Numbered from the stretch's first letter, positions 19,519 to 30,293 are shown. The stretch: 64,000 nucleotides of DNA from Longimicrobiales bacterium (GCA_046483065.1 JAWODW010000053.1:75408-139407); one strand, 5' to 3'. The notes: generated by a model from the letters alone, not told the origin. Numbers and translations: made by a program.

Positions 19519-20576
19519 GCCGGACGAACGGACGCCGCCGGCCGACCCCGTGGCTCACGGTCAGGGGGCTCCTGGCCACGGGGCTCCTGGCGCTGGTCAC
19601 CGCCGGGTGCGTGGACCTGGTGCTCGGGCCCGCGCCGGACGCCGACGACGCCGTCGCCAACTTCGACGCGCTGTGGACGGAGTTCGACCGCCACTACTCC
19701 TTCTTCGAGCTCAAGGACGTCGACTGGGACGCGCTCCGGGCGCAGTACAGCCCCCGGGTCACGCCGGATCTGCCCGACCGGGAGCTGCTCGACGTCATGG
19801 GCGAGATATTGGACCACCTGGAGGACGGCCACGTCAATCTCTACACGCCGCTGGGCCCGTACTCCTACGACGGCTGGTTCGAGCCGTACCCGGTGAACTT
19901 CCGGTGGGCGATGGTGGAGTCCCGGGTCAACAGCCTCCGGTATTCCGCGGACGGGAAGGTGGTGCGGGCGAGCCTGTCCGAGTTCGGCTATATTCACGTG
20001 GGCGACTTCGTAGGCGACGGGAGGGTGTCCGACCTCGATGAGGCCGTCGGCGAGCTCATGGACAAGCCGGGGCTCATCGTAGACGTGCGGAATAACGGCG
20101 GTGGCAGCGCCCGGGCGGCCCGGCTGTTCGCCGGCCTCTTTGTCGATGAGCGGTTCCACCACCTGGACATCCGCTTCCGGAACGGCCCCGAGCACGACGA
20201 TTTCACCGAGCCGGAGAAGCGGTACATCGAGCCCCGGTCGCCACGCTACACCGGGCCGGTGGTGGTCCTGACGAACCGCCGCGTGTTCAGCGCCGCCGAG
20301 GACCTGGTCCTGGCCGTGAAGCGGATCCCCTCGGTCACCGTGATCGGCGACACCACGGGGGGCGGCGCCGGCAACCCCATCTTCCGGGAGCTGCCCAACG
20401 GCTGGACGTTTCGCCTCTCCCGCTGGATCGCCACCGACCCGTCGGGCTGGACGTGGGAGGGCGTTGGGATCGCGCCCGACATCCGGGTCGTGCAGACGGA
20501 TGCGGACGCGGACGCCGGTCGGGAGCCGGTGCTGGACACGGCCGTGGCGGTGCTCCGCGCCCGGGTCGGCGGCTGA
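19515..20576 (+). CDS. S41 family (C-terminal processing / tricorn-core-like) peptidase lipoprotein
   Basis: GTG start overlapping the upstream stop. Lipobox LLALVTAGC. S41-like core VVVLTNRRVFSAAEDLVLAVK and DVRNNGGGS. Confidence 0.8.
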   Translation: MSRTNGRRRPTPWLTVRGLLATGLLALVTAGCVDLVLGPAPDADDAVANFDALWTEFDRHYSFFELKDVDWDALRAQYSPRVTPDLPDRELLDVMGEILDHLEDGHVNLYTPLGPYSYDGWFEPYPVNFRWAMVESRVNSLRYSADGKVVRASLSEFGYIHVGDFVGDGRVSDLDEAVGELMDKPGLIVDVRNNGGGSARAARLFAGLFVDERFHHLDIRFRNGPEHDDFTEPEKRYIEPRSPRYTGPVVVLTNRRVFSAAEDLVLAVKRIPSVTVIGDTTGGGAGNPIFRELPNGWTFRLSRWIATDPSGWTWEGVGIAPDIRVVQTDADADAGREPVLDTAVAVLRARVGG

Positions 20577-20768
20577 AGGCGCCGGCGAGCCGCGGAACCG
20601 ACCCGCCGAAACCGTCGGGGCCGCCGGGTCGGCCGGCCGGCTCGGCAGCCCGGGGCCCGTCGTCTCCCTTGCCCCCGGCCGCCACCCGGACCCATCCTGC
20701 GGTATCGGTCCATTGCCCGGGCCGGAGGCAGAACCCCGCCCGAGGCCCGAGCGCCGAACTCGAAACGT

Positions 20769-22481
20769 ATGGGAGACCCCGATATGGCAGCCACCACCGA
20801 TACCCCGTCCCGAACCGTTCGTGCACCCCGGGGCACCGAGCTCTCCTGCAGGGGCTGGCAGCAGGAGGCGGCGCTCCGGATGCTCATGAACAACCTGGAC
20901 CCGGAGGTGGCCGAGCGTCCGGAGGACCTGGTGGTCTACGGCGGTACCGGGCGGGCGGCCCGGAGCTGGGAGGCGTTCGACGCCATCGTCGCCACGCTCC
21001 GTGACCTGGAGCACGACGAGACGCTCCTGGTCCAGAGCGGCAAGCCGGTGGGCGTGTTCCGGACCCACGCGTACGCGCCCCGTGTGCTCATCGCCAACAG
21101 CAACCTGGTGGGCCGCTGGGCCACCTGGGACCACTTCCGGGAGCTGGAGAAGCAGGGGCTCATCATGTTCGGCCAGATGACCGCCGGCTCCTGGATCTAC
21201 ATCGGGACCCAGGGGATCCTCCAGGGCACCTACGAGACGTTCGGCGCACTGGCGGAGCAGGAGTACGGGGTGCCCAGCCTGAAGGGGAAGTGGGTCCTCA
21301 CCGGCGGGATGGGCGGGATGGGCGGCGCACAGCCGCTGGCGGCCACCATGAACGAGGGCGCGATCCTGGTGGTGGAGGTGGACCCGGATCGGATCCAGCG
21401 CCGGCTCGACACCGGCTACTGCGACCGCATGACGCACGACCTGGACGAGGCGCTCGGGTGGGTCACCGCCGCGGCGAAGGACGGCGAGGCGCTGAGCGTG
21501 GGGCTGGTGGGCAACTGCGCCGAGGTGCTGCCGGAGATCGTGAGGCGAGGCGTCGTCCCCGATGTGCTCACCGACCAGACCAGCGCACACGACGAGCTGA
21601 ACGGCTACGTCCCCGCCGGGTTGAGCCTCGAGGAGGCCGACGCGCTCCGGGAGAAGGACCCGGAGGAGTACCGCCATCGGGCCATGGAGAGCATGGCGGT
21701 GCACTGCGAGGCCATGGTCGACCTCATGAACCAGGGCGCCGTCACGTTCGACTACGGCAACAACCTCCGGGGGCAGGCGCTGGACGCCGGCTATGACAAC
21801 GCGTTCGCCTTCCCGGGCTTCGTGCCGGCGTACGTACGGCCGCTGTTCTGCGAGGGGAAGGGCCCGTTCCGGTGGGCGGCGCTGAGCGGCGATGAGGCGG
21901 ACATCCACCGCACCGACGAGCTGGTGCTCGAGCTCTTCCCGGAGGACGAGCACCTGGCCCGGTGGATCCGGCAGGCGCAGGAGAAGGTCCACTTCCAGGG
22001 GCTGCCCAGCCGCATCTGCTGGCTGGGGTACGGCGAGCGGGCGAAGTTCGGCGTGGCGCTGAACGACCTGGTGGCCAGCGGTGAGATCAGCGCGCCCATC
22101 GTCATCGGCCGCGACCACCTGGACACCGGCTCCGTGGCCAGCCCGTTCCGGGAGACCGAGTCCATGAAGGACGGCACCGACGCCGTGGCCGACTGGCCGA
22201 TCCTGAACGCGCTGCTGAACACCGCCAGCGGCGCGAGCTGGGTCAGCTTCCACCACGGCGGCGGCGTGGGCATCGGCAACGCGCTTCACGCCGGCCAGGT
22301 CATCGTGGCCGACGGCACGCCCGAGATGCGCGAGCGGCTGGAGCGGGTCCTGACCAACGACCCGGGGATCGGCGTGGCCCGGCACGCGGACGCGGGTTAC
22401 GAGAAGGCCATCGAGACGGCCCGGACCGAGGGCGTGCGGATTCCGATGCTGGAGAAGTCCGGTTTGTCCGGTGGTGGTTGA
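20769..22481 (+). CDS. hutU: Urocanate hydratase
   Basis: 570 aa. Contains [21 protein letters not shown], the NAD-binding [13 protein letters not shown] and the C-terminal HADAGY, all characteristic of urocanase. Confidence 0.95.
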   Translation: MGDPDMAATTDTPSRTVRAPRGTELSCRGWQQEAALRMLMNNLDPEVAERPEDLVVYGGTGRAARSWEAFDAIVATLRDLEHDETLLVQSGKPVGVFRTHAYAPRVLIANSNLVGRWATWDHFRELEKQGLIMFGQMTAGSWIYIGTQGILQGTYETFGALAEQEYGVPSLKGKWVLTGGMGGMGGAQPLAATMNEGAILVVEVDPDRIQRRLDTGYCDRMTHDLDEALGWVTAAAKDGEALSVGLVGNCAEVLPEIVRRGVVPDVLTDQTSAHDELNGYVPAGLSLEEADALREKDPEEYRHRAMESMAVHCEAMVDLMNQGAVTFDYGNNLRGQALDAGYDNAFAFPGFVPAYVRPLFCEGKGPFRWAALSGDEADIHRTDELVLELFPEDEHLARWIRQAQEKVHFQGLPSRICWLGYGERAKFGVALNDLVASGEISAPIVIGRDHLDTGSVASPFRETESMKDGTDAVADWPILNALLNTASGASWVSFHHGGGVGIGNALHAGQVIVADGTPEMRERLERVLTNDPGIGVARHADAGYEKAIETARTEGVRIPMLEKSGLSGGG

Positions 22482-22562
22482 CGGGCGCCCGCGCCGGGCG
22501 CGACGTTTGCAGCAGGCCGAAGTGGCGGGACGAGGACCCGAGACCCAGACGCGAGGACAGCG

Positions 22563-23216
22563 ATGACGGACCGATTCGAATACGACGATCTCACACTCCG
22601 CACGCCGCAGCCGGATGTGGCGCCGCCGGACGAGGACGAGGAAGAGGGCCCGCGCCCGACGGCGAGTCGGTGGTCGGACAGCGTCCGGAACCGGCTCTTC
22701 AAGGCCCGCACGCTGATCATCAGCGGCGAGGTGAACCAGAAGCTGGCGTCGGAGGTCATGGGCCAGCTGCTGGCACTGGACGCCGATTCCGATGAGACGA
22801 TCACGGTCTTCATCAACTCCCAGGGCGGCCACGTGGAGAGCGGTGACACGATCCACGACATGATCCGCTATATCGGCTCGCCCGTCCGGATGGTGGGCAC
22901 AGGGTGGGTGGCCAGCGCCGGTGCGCTGATCTACGTGGCGGTGCCGAAGGAGCGGCGCTACTCGCTGCCGAACACCCGGTTCCTCCTGCACCAGCCCGCC
23001 GGCGGCGCCCGTGGCACGGCCGCCGACGTGGAGATCGAGGCGAAGGAGATCCTCAAGATGCGGGAGCGGCTGAACAAGGTGTTCGCCGAGCAGACCGGGC
23101 AGTCGCTGGAGAAGATCCAGGACGACACCCACCGCAACTTCTGGCTCGATGCCGAGAAGGCGGTGGAGTACGGGCTGGTGGGCCAGATCATCGAGAACAA
23201 GCGTGAGCTGGAGTAA
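22563..23216 (+). CDS. clpP: ClpP-family protease subunit, atypical (Ser-His-Asn, N-terminal acidic extension)
   Basis: Gapless similarity to E. coli ClpP from RTLIISGEV to EYGLVGQII. Ser118 lies in GWVASAG and His143 in LLHQP. The catalytic Asp position (E. coli TERD) reads THRN, with an aac codon at 23136-23138. Confidence 0.9.
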   Translation: MTDRFEYDDLTLRTPQPDVAPPDEDEEEGPRPTASRWSDSVRNRLFKARTLIISGEVNQKLASEVMGQLLALDADSDETITVFINSQGGHVESGDTIHDMIRYIGSPVRMVGTGWVASAGALIYVAVPKERRYSLPNTRFLLHQPAGGARGTAADVEIEAKEILKMRERLNKVFAEQTGQSLEKIQDDTHRNFWLDAEKAVEYGLVGQIIENKRELE

Positions 23217-23297
23217 GCGAGCGGAGCTCGCGGCGAGCGCCGTCGCTTCGCTCCCGCGCGCCGTCAGGCGCGCCCGCCGGGAGCGCTGCGCTCCAGC

Positions 23298-24953
23298 TCA
23301 GGCCTCGACGTCGCCGGTGCGCTCCCGAATGATCTTCTGCAGCTCCGCGAGCTTGGCGCTCCCGCGCTCCAGCAGCCCGTCGGCCCGCGACTCCATCTCC
23401 TGACAGAAGTCCTCGTCCTCGATGTCACCCAGGTTGATGACCACGTTCCGGTAGGCGCCGTAGAGGCACGCCTCCAGCGCCTTGGCGCCGACCTCCACAT
23501 CGGAGCGTGAGGAGTACTGCCCCACGCGCGCGATCTCGAGCATGGACGGCCACGCCCGGTCGGCCAGCTCCATGGTCCGGAGCGGGACCCGGGTGGCGGT
23601 CTTGAGCCCTTCCTCCATGGCGGCCTTCCGGGCTGCCTTCTGCGCGTCGGTGTCCTTCGGCATCTGGAGCGCGTCCATGAACTCGCCGAACGCGTCGGTG
23701 TCGGCGTCCACGGCCCGGAGCAGCTCCTCCTGGAGCTCCACCAGCGGCGGGAGGTTCTCGCGCATGGCGCCGTCGAGGTGCTCGTACTTCCGCCGGCCGT
23801 ACGTGAGCCACCCGCCCATGGCGCCGAGGGCCGCGCCGAGGGCGCCCATGAGCGCGGCCACGGAGCCGCCGCCGGGTGCGGAGGATCGGGCGCCGACGGC
23901 CTCGACGAAGCCGCGAACGGTCTTCCGGATCAGCGGGCCGTCCTCCTCGCCCTCGATCATGTACTCGATGATCTTCTCTTCCGGCACGAACGGATGGATG
24001 GAGGAGAGCCCGAGGCGGTCGATGACGAGTCGTACCTTCTTCCGCTCGTCGAGGATGAAGAGGTTTTCCTTCTCCATGTAGTAGTCGGCGGCCATGAGGA
24101 TGGCCTCGAGGGGGACCAGGCCCACCACCTCGCTTCCGGCCACCGCCAGGTCCAGCTCTTCGGCGTCGCGCTTGATGGCCTCGAAGACCTCGTGCATGGC
24201 CGTGACCCGGTAGTTGTCCAGGTTCATGGAGACCTGTGCCAGGTCGAACTCCTCCAGCGTCCAGCCCATGCCCTTCACGTCCTTGAAGTAACCGGGCTGC
24301 TGGACGGGCTCGCCGTCGGGGCCCTTCACCGTGCGGCCCCGCTCCCGGACGTTCAGTGCCAGCCGGTGCGCCTGGTTCTTCGTGCCCAGCACGTTGACGT
24401 TGTACGCGATGAGGAAGAACCGGGCGCCGGTGACTGTGGCGCCGGACTCGGGGACGAAGGTGGCGGGCCCGAAGTCGGGGGCCCACTCCGGGTCGTCGAG
24501 CTTCTCCTCGAGACCCTCGTACTCCCCCTCCCGGATCTGGGCCATGGCCTTTCGGTACTCCCGATCCTGCGCTTCCTCGTACAGGTAGATCGGCACGCTC
24601 AGCTCCTCGCCGACCCGCTCGCCGAACCGGCGGGCGCACGCCACGCAGTCCTCCATCTCCACGCCGGAGACGGGGATGAACGGCACCACGTCCACGGCCC
24701 CCAGCCGGGGGTGCTCGCCGCTGTGCTCCCGCATGTCGATCAGCTCGTACGCCGTGGCCGCCGCCCGGAACGCCGCTTCCACCACGTCGTCGGGTTCGCC
24801 CACGAACGTCATCACCGTCCGGTTCGTGCTCTCGCCGGGGTCGACGTCCAGGAGCTGGACGCCGGGGACCTCCCGGATGCTCTCCGCGATCGCCTCGATG
24901 ATGGCCGGGTCCCGGCCCTCCGAGAAGTTGGGTACGCACTCCACTAGCCGCAT
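23298..24953 (-). CDS. ftcD: Bifunctional glutamate formimidoyltransferase / formimidoyltetrahydrofolate cyclodeaminase
   Basis: N-terminus MRLVECVPNFSEGRD (formiminotransferase). The C-terminal helical cyclodeaminase domain contains SAPGGGSVAALMGALGAAL. 551 aa, as expected for the fused enzyme. Confidence 0.9.
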   Translation of the reverse strand: MRLVECVPNFSEGRDPAIIEAIAESIREVPGVQLLDVDPGESTNRTVMTFVGEPDDVVEAAFRAAATAYELIDMREHSGEHPRLGAVDVVPFIPVSGVEMEDCVACARRFGERVGEELSVPIYLYEEAQDREYRKAMAQIREGEYEGLEEKLDDPEWAPDFGPATFVPESGATVTGARFFLIAYNVNVLGTKNQAHRLALNVRERGRTVKGPDGEPVQQPGYFKDVKGMGWTLEEFDLAQVSMNLDNYRVTAMHEVFEAIKRDAEELDLAVAGSEVVGLVPLEAILMAADYYMEKENLFILDERKKVRLVIDRLGLSSIHPFVPEEKIIEYMIEGEEDGPLIRKTVRGFVEAVGARSSAPGGGSVAALMGALGAALGAMGGWLTYGRRKYEHLDGAMRENLPPLVELQEELLRAVDADTDAFGEFMDALQMPKDTDAQKAARKAAMEEGLKTATRVPLRTMELADRAWPSMLEIARVGQYSSRSDVEVGAKALEACLYGAYRNVVINLGDIEDEDFCQEMESRADGLLERGSAKLAELQKIIRERTGDVEA

Positions 24954-25237
24954 GATGCCCCGCCTGCGTTCGATGGTTGTCCGTAGGCCTCACCACGCAC
25001 GCGCTGTGCCCACGCGTCCGGCCGGTGCCGGCTGGGATGGTGAGGACTGCCCCCGACGGAGTCAAGCGCGGCGGCCCGCGGACACCATCGAGTCAGCCAG
25101 CCCTTTCGCCCCCAGGGCCGGCGTTGTACCGTACCGGTAATCATGACGGGCCCTGCCGGCGTCCACCCGGTCGGCCGGCGGTCGTCCTGGATGAGCACCC
25201 CCCACTCCCCATCCACAGCTTCTTCAAGGAGGGCTGA

Positions 25238-27364
25238 ATGAGCAGTTCCCCAACTCGCCACAGCCGGTACCCTTCCGTGTTCGTGGCGCTCGCCCTGGCA
25301 CTGGTCGTGGGCCTCACCGCGTGCGGTGACGAGCCCATGGCGCCGGGCGAGACCGACCTGGCGCCCGACGCGCCGGCGCTGAGCCAGCAGGACGCAGCCG
25401 CCCCGTTCGTGGAGGGCCGGGTCCTGGCCCGCTTCGCTCCGGGTGCCAACGCTGCCGCCGTAGCGACACGGTCGGGCGCGACCATCCAGCGCGATCTGGT
25501 GCACGACATCAAGGTGCTGAACGTCCCGGCGGGCCGGGAGCTCGCGGTGGCGAACGCGCTGTCGGGCAACCCGAACGTGGAGTTCGCCGAGCCGGACTAC
25601 ATCCGGACGTTCGGTGACCCGGCGGTCATGCCGGTGAACGACCCGTTCATCGGGTACAAGTGGGACCTGGACAACGATGGGAAGATCTACTCGAGCACCG
25701 GTGACGTTATCGCCACGACGGGCGCCGCCGACGCCGATATGGACTGGCGCGAGGCGGTGGAATCGCTGGCGAGCTCCAACGGCACGGCACGCATCGGGAT
25801 CATGGACACAGGGATCCGGAACGACCACGAGGAGCTGACCGGCCGGATCGCCGCCCAGTACGACTTCTATGACGGCGACACGAGCGCCGAAGATGACAAC
25901 GGCCACGGCACGCACGTGGCGGGGATCGCCGCGGCCAACACGGACAACGGCATCGGCACCGCCGGCGTGGCGTACACGGGCGCGGTGGACTTCGCCATTG
26001 CCAAGGTGTGCGGCCAGTCGAATCCGGGTCCCTACGGGTACGGCTGCCCGAGCTCGGCCATCGCCGAGGGGATCACCTGGGCCGTGGACGCCGGCGCCCA
26101 CGTGCTGAACCTGAGCCTGGGCGGCGGGACCGGCTCCACCACCACCCAGTCGGCGCTCCAGTACGCGCGCAGCAACAACGTGCTGCCGTTCTGCGCCACG
26201 GGGAACGACAACGGCGCCGTCTCGTATCCGGCCGCGTGGCCGGAGTGCGTGGCCGTGGGCGCCACGGACTGGGGTGACAACCGGGCCAGCTACTCGAACT
26301 ACGGCCCGGAGATCGAGATCGCCGCGCCGGGCGGCGATGACGAGCACCCGGACGGCTACAGCTACATCCTGTCGAGCTACAACGACGGCCCGGACAGCTA
26401 CGCGTTCCTGGCCGGCACGTCCATGGCCACACCGCAGGCTGTCGGTCTCGGCGCGCTGCTCCACGTTCTGGGCGTGGCGGATGACGACGCCAAGCTCTCG
26501 AACATGAAGAGCACGGCCGACGACCTGGGCGACAGCGGCTGGGACCAGTACTTCGGCGAGGGTCGGATCAACGTGGCGGCGGCGGTGGCCGCGGTCGGCG
26601 GAGGCGGCGACACCAACAGCCCCCCGACGGCGACGTTCACGTTCAGCTGCACGGACCTGAGCTGCTCGTTTGACGGCGCCGGCTCCAGCGACAGCGACGG
26701 CTCGATCTCGAGCTACGACTGGGACTTCGGCGACGGGGCCACCGCCACTGGCAGCACGGCGAGCCACACGTACGCGGCGGACGGCACCTACACGGTGACG
26801 CTGACCGTGACGGATAACGACGGCGCCACGGACTCGGACGCACAGGCGGTGAGCGTGACGGACGGGGCCGTGAACAGCCCGCCGACCGCCGACTTCAGCT
26901 ACACGGTGACCGATCTGACCGTGGACTTCACGGACCAGAGCGCCGACTCCGACGGCAGCATCGCGTCGTGGTCCTGGGACTTCGGGGACGAGAATACCTC
27001 CACGGCCCAGAACCCGTCGCACACATACGCAGCGGGTGGCACCTACACGGTGAGCCTGACGGTGACCGACGATGATGGCGCCACCGACACCAGCTCGCAG
27101 GACGTGACGGTGACCGAGAGCACCGGTATCACGCTGAGCGTCAGCGCCTACAAGGTCCGGGGCGCGCAGTACGCCGACCTGAGCTGGAGTGGCGCGACGT
27201 CGACTAACGTGGACGTGTATCGCGACGGCGCGGTGGTGGCGACCACCGCCAATGACGGTGAGTACACCGACATCACCGGCGTGAAGGGTGGCGGCTCCGC
27301 CGTCTACAAGGTCTGCGAGGCCGGGACGAACACCTGCTCGAACGAGGTGACGGCCATCTGGTAG
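25238..27364 (+). CDS. Secreted S8 (subtilisin-family) peptidase with three PKD-like repeats and a C-terminal beta domain
   Basis: RBS aaggaggg upstream. Lipobox-like LVVGLTACG. Catalytic Asp (IGIMDTGI), His (NGHGTHVAG) and Ser (LAGTSMATP). Three repeats of the SPPTA.F...D.DGSI.S..WDFGD...HTY...GTYTV.LTVTD.DGAT pattern. Confidence 0.9.
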   Translation: MSSSPTRHSRYPSVFVALALALVVGLTACGDEPMAPGETDLAPDAPALSQQDAAAPFVEGRVLARFAPGANAAAVATRSGATIQRDLVHDIKVLNVPAGRELAVANALSGNPNVEFAEPDYIRTFGDPAVMPVNDPFIGYKWDLDNDGKIYSSTGDVIATTGAADADMDWREAVESLASSNGTARIGIMDTGIRNDHEELTGRIAAQYDFYDGDTSAEDDNGHGTHVAGIAAANTDNGIGTAGVAYTGAVDFAIAKVCGQSNPGPYGYGCPSSAIAEGITWAVDAGAHVLNLSLGGGTGSTTTQSALQYARSNNVLPFCATGNDNGAVSYPAAWPECVAVGATDWGDNRASYSNYGPEIEIAAPGGDDEHPDGYSYILSSYNDGPDSYAFLAGTSMATPQAVGLGALLHVLGVADDDAKLSNMKSTADDLGDSGWDQYFGEGRINVAAAVAAVGGGGDTNSPPTATFTFSCTDLSCSFDGAGSSDSDGSISSYDWDFGDGATATGSTASHTYAADGTYTVTLTVTDNDGATDSDAQAVSVTDGAVNSPPTADFSYTVTDLTVDFTDQSADSDGSIASWSWDFGDENTSTAQNPSHTYAAGGTYTVSLTVTDDDGATDTSSQDVTVTESTGITLSVSAYKVRGAQYADLSWSGATSTNVDVYRDGAVVATTANDGEYTDITGVKGGGSAVYKVCEAGTNTCSNEVTAIW

Positions 27365-27412
27365 GCCGCCTCGAGGCTCGCACGCAGCGAGTCGCTTCGA
27401 CAGCGTACGGAC

Positions 27413-27445
27413 GCGGCTCCGGCCCTCACGGGTCGGGGCCGCTTT
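27413..27445 (+). terminator. Rho-independent terminator of the S8 peptidase gene
   Basis: gcggctccggccc (27413-27425), loop tcac, gggtcggggccgc (27430-27442), followed by TTT. The 13-bp stem includes two G-U pairs that exist only in the plus-strand RNA. Confidence 0.6.
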
Positions 27446-27515
27446 CCGTGGCGCGTGCACGGCCCCCGTGCTTAGCTTCCGGCGTGAAGCGAGCCCAGAG
27501 TCACGAGGTCGATTG

Positions 27516-28349
27516 ATGCATCGTCGTCTACCAGCCGTTGCCGCCGCCGTGCTCCTCTCGGGGTGCGGTATGGCCCCGGGCGGCCCCACGCCCGAGGGGC
27601 TCTCGTACCGGGTCCCGGACCCGAACCCGGCCACGTACACCTTCACCGATACGGCGGTGTTCACCGTCGAGTCGGCGCTGGGCCCCATGGAGGTGGTCAC
27701 GGGCCAGGCCGGCGCCGCGGAGCTGGATTTCCGACGGTGGCGGAGCGATGGCCACGTGGTGGTCCGGTTCCCCCGGTTCCGTGGCAGCTTCCGTAACGCC
27801 ACGCAGGGTGCGGCCACGGTGGACGAGTCGGACATCGGCGGCCCGTTCACGGTGCGGCTGGACCCCGCCGGGCGGGTGGTGGTGACGGACACGCCGTCGT
27901 TGAGCGGTACGGTGCTGGACATCGCCGGCCCCGAAGGGCTGGTCCGGCCGCTGTTCGTGCAGCTCCCGGCGCGGGCGGTGGGTGCGACCGCGCGGTGGGT
28001 GGACACGGTCGCCACCCTCGAGGAGGTGGCCGGGACCCGGTCGGCCGCCCGCAGCGTCATCACCTCCACCCTGGCCGGCGATACCGTGGTGGCCGGGCGC
28101 CGGCTGCTCCGGATCCGGACCCGGTCGGTGAACACCGTGGAGGTCACCGGCGTGTCGGGCGGCGTGGAGGTGGAGCAGCGGCTGTCGGGCACCACCATCG
28201 GCACGGTGCTCTGGGACGACGCCGACCACCTCCTGGTGGAGCGTTCCGCCACCGGTTCGCTGGAGGGCACGCTGGCGCTGCCGGGCGCGGGCGTGGAGCC
28301 CATGGCCGTCCGGGCCGAGATCCGCCGCCGGGTCACCCTGCGGAACTAG
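27516..28349 (+). CDS. Hypothetical lipoprotein (all-beta, unknown function)
   Basis: Start trimmed to the ATG at 27516, giving the lipobox MHRRLPAVAAAVLLSGCG. Genome-typical codon bias. I recognise no family motif. Confidence 0.65.
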   Translation: MHRRLPAVAAAVLLSGCGMAPGGPTPEGLSYRVPDPNPATYTFTDTAVFTVESALGPMEVVTGQAGAAELDFRRWRSDGHVVVRFPRFRGSFRNATQGAATVDESDIGGPFTVRLDPAGRVVVTDTPSLSGTVLDIAGPEGLVRPLFVQLPARAVGATARWVDTVATLEEVAGTRSAARSVITSTLAGDTVVAGRRLLRIRTRSVNTVEVTGVSGGVEVEQRLSGTTIGTVLWDDADHLLVERSATGSLEGTLALPGAGVEPMAVRAEIRRRVTLRN

Positions 28350-28459
28350 CCCGCCGGGCCGGGCCCGCCGGGCCGGGCCGGAGCCGACGTCCGGGCCGGG
28401 TCCGACCCCACGCTCCGGTCCGGTGTATGCAGGGCAGGGCGCTGCCGCAAAGGAGACGG

Positions 28460-29389
28460 ATGACAGGGTACAGACTCGGACGGGTCCTGGGGATCGAAGT
28501 GCACGTGCACGCGTCGTGGCTCATCATCGGCGCGCTGGTCCTGTGGACGCTGGCGGCCAGCGCGCTGCCCGCCGACTATCCCCAGCTGAGCGCGGGGCTG
28601 CGGCTGGTCATGGCGCTCGTCATCACCGCCCTCTTCTTCGTCTCGCTGCTGGCCCACGAGCTGGCCCACTCGGTGGTGGCCGTGGCCCGGGGCATCCCCG
28701 TCCACCGCATCACGTTCTTCCTGTTCGGCGGGATGGCGCAGACCAGCCGGGACAGCCGGAGCCCGGGCGAGGAGTTCCTGATCGCCATCGCGGGGCCCGT
28801 CATGAGCTTCCTCCTGGGTGGGCTCTTCTTTGCCCTCTGGACGCTGGGCGCCGGCGCCGGCTGGGGCCCGTTGGTGGTGGGCAGCGCCGCGTACCTGACG
28901 GTGCTGAACGTGATCCTCGGGGTCTTCAACCTCCTGCCCGGATTCCCCATGGACGGCGGGCGCGTGCTCCGGTCCGTCATCTGGAAGGCCACGGGGAACG
29001 TGACCCGGGCGACCCTGTGGGCCGCGCGGGTCGGGTCGGGGATGGCGATCCTCCTCATGGGCTTCGGCGTCTACGAGATCGTTACCGGCGCGGTCATCGG
29101 CGGCGTGTGGCTGATCTTCATTGGAATGTTCATCCGCAACGCCGCCCGGTCCAGCTACCGGCACCACCTGATGAGCCGGATGCAGGACGTGACCGAGCAG
29201 GCGTGGACCCGGACCCGCATGGGCGTACAGTTCGGGCCGCGGCCCGCCGGGCTGGGCGGGCCGAGACGCCCGGGCGGACCGGGCCGGCCCGTGGGCCCAC
29301 TGTCCGGCACGGAACCGGGGTCGCCGGCACCCGCGTCGGACCGGCCCCGGCCGGGTCGCGACGTGACGCCGCTCGCGGAGGACGACTGA
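28460..29389 (+). CDS. M50 family (site-2 protease-like) membrane metalloprotease
   Basis: RBS aggaga 6 nt upstream of the ATG at 28460. HELAH in a TM helix and NLLPGFPMDGG. Multiple TM segments and a Pro/Gly/Arg-rich low-complexity C-terminal tail. Confidence 0.85.
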   Translation: MTGYRLGRVLGIEVHVHASWLIIGALVLWTLAASALPADYPQLSAGLRLVMALVITALFFVSLLAHELAHSVVAVARGIPVHRITFFLFGGMAQTSRDSRSPGEEFLIAIAGPVMSFLLGGLFFALWTLGAGAGWGPLVVGSAAYLTVLNVILGVFNLLPGFPMDGGRVLRSVIWKATGNVTRATLWAARVGSGMAILLMGFGVYEIVTGAVIGGVWLIFIGMFIRNAARSSYRHHLMSRMQDVTEQAWTRTRMGVQFGPRPAGLGGPRRPGGPGRPVGPLSGTEPGSPAPASDRPRPGRDVTPLAEDD

Positions 29390-30255
29390 TGTTCGAGATC
29401 CCCGACGAGCGGCTGCCGCCCGGGTTCGCGGAGACGGTGGAGGAGCCGCCGCCGGACCCGGTGGAGGCACGGCCGGCGGCCACGGTGATCCTCCTGCGGG
29501 ATGGGGCGGACGGGCCCGAGACGCTCCTGATGCACCGGCACCGGAAGAGCGGGTTCGTCCCCGGCGCGTGGGTCTTCCCGGGCGGGCGAGTGGACCCGGG
29601 CGACGGCGCGCCGGCGCTGCGGGAGCGGTGCCGGGGCCTGCCCGAGAACGCCACGCCGGACCCGTCGTTCTGGATGGCCGCGATCCGGGAGGCGTTCGAG
29701 GAGACCGGCGTGCTCCTGGCCCGGACCGCCGGGGCCGCCGGGGATGGGACGGCCGAAGACGGCGCGGACGGGAGCGGCGCGGACGGGAACGGCGCCGGCG
29801 AGTGGGTACCCGATGCGTCGTCGGAGCCCCGGGTGGAGACGGTCCGGCGTGCCCTCATGGACGATGAGGCGGTGCTGATGGACGTGGTGGAGCGGCTGGG
29901 CGTGGAGCTGGACGCGCGCCCCCTGGTCCACGCCGCCCACTGGGTGACGCCCGTGGTGGAGGCCCGGCGCTACGACACCCACTTCTTCGTGGCGGCCGTG
30001 CCCGACGGGCGCACCGCTCGACCGGACCCCCGAGAGATGGTGGACGCCGTGTGGCTCACGCCCCGGGCGGCGCTGGAGCGGTTCGAGGCCGGCACGCTGC
30101 CCATGGTGTTCCCCACGGTGAAGACGCTGGAGTCACTGGCGGGATACGGCTCCCTCGCCGCGGTCCTGGACGCGTACCGGGGCCGGCCGGTGGAGCGGAT
30201 CCTGCCACGACTGGTCCGGACCCGGAGCGGCGTCGGGATCGTGGTCGACGGATAG
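29389..30255 (+). CDS. NUDIX-family hydrolase
   Basis: The ATG overlaps the upstream TGA by 1 nt. Nudix signature REAFEETGV preceded by FPGGRVDPGD. The spacing of the N-terminal half of the Nudix box is non-canonical. Confidence 0.75.
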   Translation: MFEIPDERLPPGFAETVEEPPPDPVEARPAATVILLRDGADGPETLLMHRHRKSGFVPGAWVFPGGRVDPGDGAPALRERCRGLPENATPDPSFWMAAIREAFEETGVLLARTAGAAGDGTAEDGADGSGADGNGAGEWVPDASSEPRVETVRRALMDDEAVLMDVVERLGVELDARPLVHAAHWVTPVVEARRYDTHFFVAAVPDGRTARPDPREMVDAVWLTPRAALERFEAGTLPMVFPTVKTLESLAGYGSLAAVLDAYRGRPVERILPRLVRTRSGVGIVVDG

Positions 30256-30293
30256 AAGCTGAAGCGAGCCCCCTACCCCTACCGAAAAACACA

